29,547 nt of DNA from positions 1 through 29,547 of IMG/VR virus record IMGVR_UViG_3300032277_000056. The stretch is one strand, 5' to 3'. A program made the position numbers and the translations under genes. This DNA is from a virus. Its lineage: Duplodnaviria; Caudoviricetes. Below, one piece after another: positions 1 to 6,414 of the stretch. The first letter of the stretch is position 1. Each line of letters opens with the position of its first letter. The notes beneath the pieces were generated by a model. The model searched no databases, was not told the origin of the DNA, and worked only from the letters and a program-made list of their open reading frames with translations.

Positions 1-89
1 TCTGGACACTCCAATGCACTATCGCTGTAAATCGTAGAGGCGTGGTAAACTCTATCACCCATACTAAACTTAACTTCCAATACTGCCAT
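1..89 (-). CDS. Hypothetical phage protein, N-terminal part only (runs off the window)
   Basis: ATG at 89 after AGAGGA RBS; reads MAVLEVKFSMGDRVYHASTIYSDSALECP... with no stop before position 1; promoter upstream. Confidence 0.65.
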   Translation of the reverse strand, partial: MAVLEVKFSMGDRVYHASTIYSDSALECP

Positions 90-119
90 AATTTCCTCCT
101 GTGTTATATGATAGTAAGT

Positions 120-148
120 ATCTTACATAAGTAATGCACTTACGTCAA
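120..148 (-). promoter_or_regulatory. Sigma70-type promoter TTGACG-17-TAAGAT overlapped by palindromes
   Basis: -35 at 148-143, -10 at 125-120; palindromes TAAGT-N5-ACTTA (128-142) and GTAAG-N3-CTTAC (114-126). Confidence 0.6.
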
Positions 149-170
149 CAACTAATCTTCATTTTTTTTA

Positions 171-464
171 TTACTCCGTGTTTTTTTCAACTATGTCTTG
201 TATCGCATGTAATACATCTGCTGTATGCTGCTGAATAATAAACATAATATTATCGGGTATCTTCCCATATTTCATAGACACCAGCTCACCGTTAAAATTT
301 AATTCCCTACCGAGGGCTATTATAACCCTACAAGATGGCGGTGGAAACTCTCCACGCTCTATTTTTGACATGTACGTTGCTGATACTCCAATTCTCAAAG
401 CTAACTGTCTAAGGCTTATATCAGTCTTTAGCCTAGTAAATCGCAAAAATTCTCCAAACTCCAT
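171..464 (-). CDS. XRE-family HTH transcriptional regulator
   Basis: FGEFLRFTRLKTDISLRQLALRIGVSATYMSKIERG HTH signature; ATG at 464 follows AGAGGA RBS (ORF track starts at 518). Confidence 0.85.
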   Translation of the reverse strand: MEFGEFLRFTRLKTDISLRQLALRIGVSATYMSKIERGEFPPPSCRVIIALGRELNFNGELVSMKYGKIPDNIMFIIQQHTADVLHAIQDIVEKNTE

Positions 465-507
465 TTTGTTTCCTCTATGTGTGTTAATTCTTGTTTCCAT
501 TGTGATA

Positions 508-708
508 TTAATAATCAATACATTGCTTTAAAATATTAGCCATTGCCTCACAGTGACTTACTACTTGCGGTATATGTTCTGGTTCAAACATTCCACACGT
601 CTGACCATCCTTTAATCTGCATAACATCATAGCTATTTCACTTGTTGTCATTTCATTTAGTAAACAACATCTGTCTAATGCTTGTCTGTCCTCATCACTT
701 AAATGCAT
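508..708 (-). CDS. Hypothetical protein
   Basis: 66-aa ORF with GGAGG RBS, in operon orientation. Confidence 0.6.
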   Translation of the reverse strand: MHLSDEDRQALDRCCLLNEMTTSEIAMMLCRLKDGQTCGMFEPEHIPQVVSHCEAMANILKQCIDY

Positions 709-844
709 CTTTTACACCCTCCCCATATTCTTCAATCAATTGTTTTTCCGCTATTATCTTTGCAGATTCCTCTGATAAGCCACCGTCAAACATGCAAATA
801 GCTATTCTTTCGTTGTAGTCGTGTATTATCTGCTCTTTATCCAT
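695..844 (-). CDS. Small phage protein (49 aa), not in the ORF track
   Basis: MDKEQIIHDYNERIAICMFDGGLSEESAKIIAEKQLIEEYGEGVKDAFK; TAATG overlap with the upstream gene; ER.AI..DGGL motif seen in small phage proteins. Confidence 0.75.
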   Translation of the reverse strand: MDKEQIIHDYNERIAICMFDGGLSEESAKIIAEKQLIEEYGEGVKDAFK

Positions 845-1158
845 TACACCCACGCTATACCATGTTTTACAAAGTTTTTAAAGTTAGCCAGCGTCTTTGG
901 TGTGTTGCCTAACCCTATATCAAAACTACGCTCTTCCTCTAGTTGTGCATAGTCTTGTAGTTGTTTATAAGTTGCATCATACCGCAAAGCTTCAACAATA
1001 CGGTCTAAGCTGTACCAATCATCATTGACGTGGAAAACACCACCAACCTCATCTGCAACCCAGAATGTATAAGGGTCTTCACTATAATGTTTTTTTGCAA
1101 ACTCATTAACAAGATTTTGTGTTGCTAATTCCCATTGTTTTAATTTATCCACTACCAA
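844..1158 (-). CDS. Hypothetical phage protein
   Basis: 104-aa ORF overlapping the helicase stop. Confidence 0.75.
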   Translation of the reverse strand: MVVDKLKQWELATQNLVNEFAKKHYSEDPYTFWVADEVGGVFHVNDDWYSLDRIVEALRYDATYKQLQDYAQLEEERSFDIGLGNTPKTLANFKNFVKHGIAWV

Positions 1159-2549
1159 GCCTCATATGTTTTTTTATTAATATCATATGTTAGTTTTATT
1201 TCGCCAACTTTACCTATCTTGTCATGGTATCTTGACTTTGCAGTTTTAAAAATAGTGCTGCCTGTTGTATCTCTATGTATCACACAACCCAAATCGGGCT
1301 TATTAAACCAATGTGCGGAATCTGATATATCATACAAAGTTGGTATTTTAAAATTGCCATCTGCATCTTTTTGTTGTTTTGCAGGGTGTGCCACAACCAT
1401 AATATGAACACTCCTTACCTTTGCTAATCTTTTTAATTGAACTATTGCATATGCTACATACTGTGTAAGTGACTCATTAACTGCCTGTTGATGTTCTAAA
1501 TCATTCCAAGGGTCTAGTATCACTATTTTACAACCCATTTTATCAACTGCATAATTAACTTTATCAATAAACCAATCTAAATGTATTTGCTGTGTAGGGT
1601 CTAATAATTGGCTTTCGCTTGGCATAATAAACGCAAATCTATCCTCAATAAATCTGTAGGCTTGGCTTTCATCACCTAACCCCTTTCCCATATACCACTT
1701 AATTAAACTAGGTACTTGGTCTTCTTGCGGGTCTTGCTCAAAACTTGCAAACGCCACCTTTAAATTAGGATTGTTTACTAAAGTAGTGCAAAGTAAATCA
1801 TTTAAAAAGCTCGTCTTTCCCATTGAGGGTATGCCAGTAAATACTGAAAAATCACCCTCCCTAAACTTAAATAAATGACTTGTAACATGCCCTGTTTCAT
1901 AAATCCGTCTTGGCTGTTGCTTTGGTAATTCGCTTAATTTAAAAACACCGTCTTGGTCTAATACTCTTGCAGTAGTCAAGGATTTCTTTACACCTGCTTC
2001 CCCGTATTTAACATACGTTTCATTTATGTCCTTACATCCCTTCGGGTACTTAATTTCGTGACATTTACCACGCCCAATTTTTGACGCTAAATCCTCTAGT
2101 AAGTTGCGTCCATTTTTATCGCTGTCTACTGCTAGTATTATTTTTTCATGATTGCGTAACTTTGGAATCATACCCTCAAGATACTGGTATTTTTTACCCT
2201 CTCCGCCTTGCTGCTCGTTAGGTGCGCCCTCTGGAACTGATAGCGTCCTTGGATAGCCTGCTTGTATAAATGTTAAGCAATCAAGCTCTCCCTCACAGAT
2301 TATCAAAGGCTCATCTTTCCATTTCTCATTGTCTAAACAATCAATATTGTAAAATATCTTTTCTCCATCCTTGTCTTGAAAAAACTTCTTTTCATTTAAA
2401 CAACGGTGCTTTTTATTAACAACCTCACCCTCTCGGTGGTATGGTATTTCTATCCATGTTTCGTTGTCTTGGGAGTACTCTTTTACGCCCTTGTCGAACA
2501 ACAACCCTAGTTCTAATTTTCTTTCCTTCGCAAACTCTGCTAGTTTCAT
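1152..2549 (-). CDS. Twinkle/T7 gp4-like TOPRIM primase + SF4 (DnaB-like) helicase, lacking the N-terminal zinc finger
   Basis: TOPRIM motifs IICEGELD, ILAVDSDKNG, KDINE; Walker A TGIPSMGKTS; Walker B IVILDPWN; VVAHP and YDISDSAHW helicase motifs; AGGAGG RBS. Confidence 0.92.
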   Translation of the reverse strand: MKLAEFAKERKLELGLLFDKGVKEYSQDNETWIEIPYHREGEVVNKKHRCLNEKKFFQDKDGEKIFYNIDCLDNEKWKDEPLIICEGELDCLTFIQAGYPRTLSVPEGAPNEQQGGEGKKYQYLEGMIPKLRNHEKIILAVDSDKNGRNLLEDLASKIGRGKCHEIKYPKGCKDINETYVKYGEAGVKKSLTTARVLDQDGVFKLSELPKQQPRRIYETGHVTSHLFKFREGDFSVFTGIPSMGKTSFLNDLLCTTLVNNPNLKVAFASFEQDPQEDQVPSLIKWYMGKGLGDESQAYRFIEDRFAFIMPSESQLLDPTQQIHLDWFIDKVNYAVDKMGCKIVILDPWNDLEHQQAVNESLTQYVAYAIVQLKRLAKVRSVHIMVVAHPAKQQKDADGNFKIPTLYDISDSAHWFNKPDLGCVIHRDTTGSTIFKTAKSRYHDKIGKVGEIKLTYDINKKTYEAW

Positions 2550-2730
2550 AATCCCCTCCTACCTGTATTTTTCCATGCTCTCCACAGTGAAAACAATTGT
2601 AAATTATATAATTATCCTCTCGCTTCACTCCGAAGCATTTAGCCTTTTTTTTCTTACGGTGTGGTGAACATACTGGACATGGTTGCATATATTCACCTGT
2701 TAATCTCCAAAAATCTTTTACTGTTATCAT
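2425..2730 (-). CDS. Stand-alone primase zinc-binding domain
   Basis: CPVCSPHRKKK..C...YNCFHCG Cys4 ribbon typical of T7/Twinkle primase N-termini; last ~40 codons overlap the helicase gene out of frame. Confidence 0.8.
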   Translation of the reverse strand: MITVKDFWRLTGEYMQPCPVCSPHRKKKKAKCFGVKREDNYIIYNCFHCGEHGKIQVGGDYETSRVCEGKKIRTRVVVRQGRKRVLPRQRNMDRNTIPPRG

Positions 2731-3341
2731 CCGAACATCCCCGAATATTCACCAAGCTCTTTCTTTGGTTTAGCATTTGTGTGCCATTCACTTTCCCAAC
2801 CATTGCTATTTAACCACGTTGATAAATGTTGTTTATGATACCACTCGTTAGCCTCGCAATAGATTTTATATCTTGCGTGTCCTTCAATAATAGACTCGTA
2901 TGTTGTGTCCTTTATTTTTTCCCAAGCTTTTTTTGCTCTTTGTTTATCTCCTATCTTTCCATACAAACTCCAAAAAGACTCAAAATCACCTATGTATGTC
3001 TCTTTACTATATGCCTCTGCCTCTGTCTCTACCATAGCGACTTGCTTGCGCCCTGCTAGCGCTCCGCTATCATCAATTAAATAACCCTTATCTATCAACT
3101 CTTTAAGGTTAACATCTCCTTTAATTCCTATCTGGTTTTTAATAAAATTCTTATCAGCGGGTATCTTGTTATCCATCTGGCTTGCAAGTAACCAAATAAG
3201 CATCAAGTGCAACTTGCTAGCATCTTGCAAGCATTGAAATTCATAGTCTCTTAATAAGTCACGACTAAGCTTTATCCAAGGTGGATTACGGTCTTTATAA
3301 TGTTGGAATTTTTCCCAATCTTTTACTTTTAGATAATTCAT
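2727..3341 (-). CDS. Phage replication initiator / replisome organiser
   Basis: N-terminal KDWEKFQHYKDRNPPWIKL, ETEAEA linker, C-terminal FESFWSLY..K..K..AKKAW...HLSTWLN domain; directly upstream of primase/helicase; ATG at 3341 with GGGGT RBS. Confidence 0.8.
   Translation of the reverse strand: MNYLKVKDWEKFQHYKDRNPPWIKLSRDLLRDYEFQCLQDASKLHLMLIWLLASQMDNKIPADKNFIKNQIGIKGDVNLKELIDKGYLIDDSGALAGRKQVAMVETEAEAYSKETYIGDFESFWSLYGKIGDKQRAKKAWEKIKDTTYESIIEGHARYKIYCEANEWYHKQHLSTWLNSNGWESEWHTNAKPKKELGEYSGMFG
3012..3075. repeat. Iteron-like 11-bp phased repeats plus a hexamer repeat inside the initiator gene (candidate origin)
   Basis: tgcttgcgccc (3043-3053), tgctagcgctc (3054-3064), cgctatcatca (3065-3075); adjacent tgcctc/tgcctc/tgtctc (3012-3029). 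Confidence 0.45.
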
Positions 3342-3377
3342 ATTTACCCCATACACTAGGTTATACACTTTAAAAGT

Positions 3378-3440
3378 TGGCGGGTGGTGTGTATGTGGGA
3401 CCACCCTTTTCATATCTAGGAGCTACCCAGATACTAGCCA
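3378..3440 (-). ncRNA. Structured three-way-junction leader RNA upstream of the initiator (c4-antisense-like architecture)
   Basis: UGGC/GCCA closing stem; hairpin UAUCUGGG-UAGCU-CCUAGAUA; hairpin GGGUGGU-CCCACAUACAC-ACCACCC. Confidence 0.65.
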
Positions 3441-3454
3441 TTCATTTACCTTGT

Positions 3455-3483
3455 AATTTATCATATTAATGTTCAATTTGCAA
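3455..3483 (-). promoter_or_regulatory. Promoter TTGCAA-17-TAAATT with extended -10 TG
   Basis: -35 at 3483-3478, -10 at 3460-3455, just upstream of the structured leader. Confidence 0.6.
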
Positions 3484-3588
3484 GGTTGGTATGCAATTTT
3501 CGCATATAACATAATCCTCTATATTTGAAAATTCGTCTTCATCTGTGTCAATTTTTGCATCACACTGCTCGCATATAGCTATACTCAT
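3466..3588 (-). CDS. 40-aa CxxC...CxxC zinc-finger microprotein, not in the ORF track
   Basis: MSIAICEQCDAKIDTDEDEFSNIEDYVICENCIPTLQIEH; AAGGAG RBS. Confidence 0.75.
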   Translation of the reverse strand: MSIAICEQCDAKIDTDEDEFSNIEDYVICENCIPTLQIEH

Positions 3589-3599
3589 ATCTAACTCCT

Positions 3600-3950
3600 T
3601 TAACTTGCCAAAGCTGTTATAATATCCAATGCAGCCTTTCTCTTTGCAGGGTTTTTTATGTTCTTGAACTTCCTTGATAATTCCATCATCATGCGATTAT
3701 TAGAATCATCATTTACTAGCGGGTCTTCAAGTAGGTAGCTTATCTTAGCACCTAAAGCATGAGCAATGAGTTGCAGCCTACTAGATGCTATTGCGTTGTC
3801 ACCGTCCTCATACTTTTTAAGCTGCTGATGCGTCACATCTATTTTATTTGCTAGTTGTTGGCGTGATAAACCTTTTGCCACACGTAGCTCTTTTATCTTA
3901 CGTGCTGTGTTGTTTCTTAAATCGTCTATTGTTTTATTGTGTCTTGGCAT
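3600..3950 (-). CDS. XRE-family HTH regulator, alphaproteobacterial type
   Basis: IKELRVAKGLSRQQLANKIDVTHQQLKKYEDGDNAIASSRL matches the 'TFQQVQKYEKG.NR..ASRL' subfamily. Confidence 0.88.
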   Translation of the reverse strand: MPRHNKTIDDLRNNTARKIKELRVAKGLSRQQLANKIDVTHQQLKKYEDGDNAIASSRLQLIAHALGAKISYLLEDPLVNDDSNNRMMMELSRKFKNIKNPAKRKAALDIITALAS

Positions 3951-4818
3951 TGTAGTTCTCCTTTCTAATGTATTCTACACCATTAATTGTTATTATATCC
4001 TGCTCTATTGCTTCATGCTCTCGCTTTTCCTCTACGCAATCACAAGGGTTAAATCCAAATATCTCCTCAAATACTATTGGGTCGAAGTTTGGTAATTTAA
4101 ACGTTTTATCCCTATCTTCTTTATCGGCTTTTTCCCAAGCTTCGATATATGCAGCTTTTAAACTAGGATAGAATTTTAAATAACCACCAGTTGTTACATA
4201 TGACGGGTAAGCCTCTTTTTCTTTATCAGTCATACTGCTATCCTCAACCCACTGCGTTAAGTCAACGTATATCCAATTAGGCTTATCAGCTTTATCCCAA
4301 TCTTCACGTTTTGCAATCTTGTTAAATATTAATACATCAACGGGAGTTACAGTGTTACAATAGCCAGTGTTACTGTGGCCAGTGTTCCAGTCGCCAGTGT
4401 TCCAGTGGCCAGTGTTCCTGTTGCCAGTGTTCCAGTCGCCAGTGTTCCTGTTGCCAGTGTTCCAGTCGCCAGTGTTCCTGTTGCCAGTGTTCCAGTCGCC
4501 AGTGTTACTGTGGCCAGTGTTCCTGTGGCCAGTGTTCCAGTCGCCAGTGTTCCAGTGGCCAGTGTTCCTGTTGCCAGTGTTACTGTGGCCAGTGTTACTG
4601 TGGCCAGTGTTACTGTGGCCAGTGTTACAATAGCCAGTGTTCCTGTTGCCAGTGTTCCAGTCGCCAGTGTTCCTGTGGCCAGTGTTACTGTTGCCAGTGT
4701 TCCTGTTGCCAGTGTTCCTGTTGCCAGTGTTCCAGTCGCCAGTGTTCCTGTTGCCTGTGTTACTGTGGCCAGTGTTCCAGTCGCCAGTGTTACTGTGGCC
4801 TGTGTTATTATCAACCAT
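3934..4818 (-). CDS. Pentapeptide (NTGxx)30 repeat protein with phage C-terminal domain
   Basis: 30 NTG[HDNY][SWRC] units, then FNK...TTGGYLK...LPNFD..VFEEIFG; AAGGAG RBS. Confidence 0.88.
   Translation of the reverse strand: MVDNNTGHSNTGDWNTGHSNTGNRNTGDWNTGNRNTGNRNTGNSNTGHRNTGDWNTGNRNTGYCNTGHSNTGHSNTGHSNTGNRNTGHWNTGDWNTGHRNTGHSNTGDWNTGNRNTGDWNTGNRNTGDWNTGNRNTGHWNTGDWNTGHSNTGYCNTVTPVDVLIFNKIAKREDWDKADKPNWIYVDLTQWVEDSSMTDKEKEAYPSYVTTGGYLKFYPSLKAAYIEAWEKADKEDRDKTFKLPNFDPIVFEEIFGFNPCDCVEEKREHEAIEQDIITINGVEYIRKENYNAKTQ
4351..4806 (-). repeat. Coding 15-bp tandem repeat, 30 copies
   Basis: Unit AAC-ACT-GGC-NAY-WGK read directly from the sequence. Confidence 0.97.
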
Positions 4819-4848
4819 TTTTTTCTCCTTTTTATTAGTTGAAATGGT

Positions 4849-4877
4849 AGTTTAGTTATTTAATTTGTAAGTGTCAA
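4849..4877 (-). promoter_or_regulatory. Leftward sigma70 promoter TTGACA-17-TAAACT
   Basis: -35 at 4877-4872, -10 at 4854-4849. Confidence 0.75.
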
Positions 4878-4908
4878 TAGTAATCTGCAACTTTTTCTAC
4901 AGTAACAC

Positions 4909-4937
4909 TTGACAAGTAAACGCAACTTAGTTACACT
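4909..4937 (+). promoter_or_regulatory. Rightward sigma70 promoter TTGACA-17-TACACT
   Basis: -35 at 4909-4914, -10 at 4932-4937. Confidence 0.75.
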
Positions 4938-4943
4938 GCACTT

Positions 4944-5123
4944 ATGAACAATACAGAAAAATCAACACTTTGTAGATTTAGGAAAAAGCATAATCTATGC
5001 AGGGTTTGGCTGCCTAAAGATGATATAGCATTTATAACTGATATGTATTTGTTAAACCGTAAAGATGTGATTGATAAAGACCTTGAGAAGTATTTAAAAG
5101 AACAAAAGAGGGTAAGTAAATGA
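4944..5123 (+). CDS. 59-aa basic protein, probably leaderless; not in the ORF track
   Basis: [59 protein letters not shown]; ATG 7 nt after the -10 box; ATGA overlap with the next gene. Confidence 0.65.
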   Translation: MNNTEKSTLCRFRKKHNLCRVWLPKDDIAFITDMYLLNRKDVIDKDLEKYLKEQKRVSK

Positions 5124-5470
5124 ACTATTATTATGATGTGATAGAGGTCGCAAAGCTTGCAAATATATGGCATGGTATTAACTTCATAAGTAGAGACGGT
5201 AAAGTCCTTAAATCCACAATGGATATAGAACTTGATGCTATAAGTGGTGAATATCCTGAAAAGTTTTACATACACCCTGACAGCCTAGATATATTTAAGC
5301 CTCAAGCGGGGGATTTGGTTCAAGATAAGTACAAGGAATTTCAATATGTGTACCAAGACCATAAAGGGGTTGGTATAGATACCAATTTGGGAACTGCAAG
5401 CCCAGAAGGTTGCGATATAATCCAACGACAAGGTAAACATTTTTTCATGCCAATAAAGGAGGGCGTATAA
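5120..5470 (+). CDS. Hypothetical phage protein
   Basis: 116-aa ORF; TAATG overlap with ssb. Confidence 0.75.
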   Translation: MNYYYDVIEVAKLANIWHGINFISRDGKVLKSTMDIELDAISGEYPEKFYIHPDSLDIFKPQAGDLVQDKYKEFQYVYQDHKGVGIDTNLGTASPEGCDIIQRQGKHFFMPIKEGV

Positions 5471-5892
5471 TGTCAATAAATAAAGTAATTTTATTAGGGA
5501 ATTTAGGGAAAGACCCAGAAACAAGAAGTATGTCAAATGGTAAACAAGTTGCGTCATTTTCACTAGCTACGAGCGAATCTTGGAAAGATAAATCAGGAGA
5601 GCGTAAAACTAAAAATGAGTGGCATAATATAGTTATCTTCAGTGAAGGCTTAATTAAGGTTTGCCAGTATCTTAAAAAAGGCTCTAAGGTTTATCTTGAG
5701 GGGCAATTACAAACTCGTAAGTGGCAAGATAAAAGCGGTAATGATAAATACACTACTGAAATAGTACTGCAAGGATTTAACAGTGCTATGGTTTTACTTG
5801 ATAAGAAAGAGTCAAATGGAGCTACTGCACAATCCTATTCAAGTCGTGACAATACACAGGTTGAAGAGCTGGACGATTCCATTCCTTTTTAG
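5470..5892 (+). CDS. ssb: Single-stranded DNA-binding protein
   Basis: [15 protein letters not shown]...[18 protein letters not shown]...EIVLQGFNS; acidic tail LDDSIPF. Confidence 0.97.
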   Translation: MSINKVILLGNLGKDPETRSMSNGKQVASFSLATSESWKDKSGERKTKNEWHNIVIFSEGLIKVCQYLKKGSKVYLEGQLQTRKWQDKSGNDKYTTEIVLQGFNSAMVLLDKKESNGATAQSYSSRDNTQVEELDDSIPF

Positions 5893-5894
5893 TG

Positions 5895-5922
5895 TTTACA
5901 TTATCCCAACCACCAGTATAAT
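5895..5922 (+). promoter_or_regulatory. Promoter TTTACA-16-TATAAT downstream of ssb, with no ORF behind it
   Basis: -35 at 5895-5900, -10 at 5917-5922. Confidence 0.5.
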
Positions 5923-5924
5923 AG

Positions 5925-5990
5925 GGTTCTATTAAGTTTAACAAAACTTGGTAATCCAAATATTAGAGCCTCCATTAGGGGGCTTTTTTT
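5925..5990 (+). ncRNA. Candidate ~65-nt small RNA
   Basis: Lies between the promoter and terminator; GGUUCUA/UAGAGCC and AAGUUU/AAACUU stems. Confidence 0.45.
5966..5990 (+). terminator. Intrinsic terminator
   Basis: AGCCTCC-ATTA-GGGGGCT followed by a T run. Confidence 0.8.
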
Positions 5991-6384
5991 ATTCTCTCAT
6001 CATGCAAAATAAATAATCATCTGGCTGTGGTAGCTCAATATCAAACCTTCTTGCTAAGAGGTCTATTTTATTTAGATACTCTGCAAACTCTTTTACTGTT
6101 AGCGTTGTTGTGCTTATTGGTCTACTTCTTACCTGTCCTTTGCGGTTAGTCCATGACTCCTCACCTATAAAGGCATATTTTAATTCAACGTGCATCTGGT
6201 CTTTTGTATAGCCGAAATGTTCCGACAAATATGGAATCCAAAGCCACATTAGTCGGTTTTGACTTAAGCGCCTTTTATTCTTACGCTCTTGTATAACAAC
6301 TTCCCATTTATCACCCTCATCAAGTGAGTCTATAAACTTCTTACAGTTATCTTTGCGTTGGCTGTCTGTTATGTTAAATATCAT
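5989..6384 (-). CDS. NinB-like recombination protein
   Basis: VVIQERKNKRRLSQNRLMWLW...GYTKDQMHVELK...STTTLTVKEFAEYLNKI...LPQP, NinB/YbcN-like pattern. Confidence 0.8.
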   Translation of the reverse strand: MIFNITDSQRKDNCKKFIDSLDEGDKWEVVIQERKNKRRLSQNRLMWLWIPYLSEHFGYTKDQMHVELKYAFIGEESWTNRKGQVRSRPISTTTLTVKEFAEYLNKIDLLARRFDIELPQPDDYLFCMMRE

Positions 6385-6414
6385 AGCTTACCTTTATTTA
6401 GGTTATAATACACC

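Noticed and set aside
4351-4806. Repeat array as CRISPR or as a DGR template/variable region
   Set aside because: Variable parts are only 6 nt and in frame; variation includes a G/T position, so it is not adenine-specific; no cas or reverse transcriptase gene in the window
4347-4855. Alternative-frame ORFs over the repeat (ATGTL, VPVAS, PVFLL repeats)
   Set aside because: The 15-bp unit keeps several frames open; only the NTGxx frame has an RBS and a non-repetitive C-terminal domain
4931-5563. Minus-strand ORFs 4931-5275 and 5285-5563
   Set aside because: Shadow ORFs antisense to the coupled + strand operon leading to ssb
5948-5955. 8-nt complementarity of the sRNA candidate (TTGGTAAT) to 10544-10551
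   Set aside because: Short enough to occur by chance in AT-rich DNA, and it straddles the predicted transcription start
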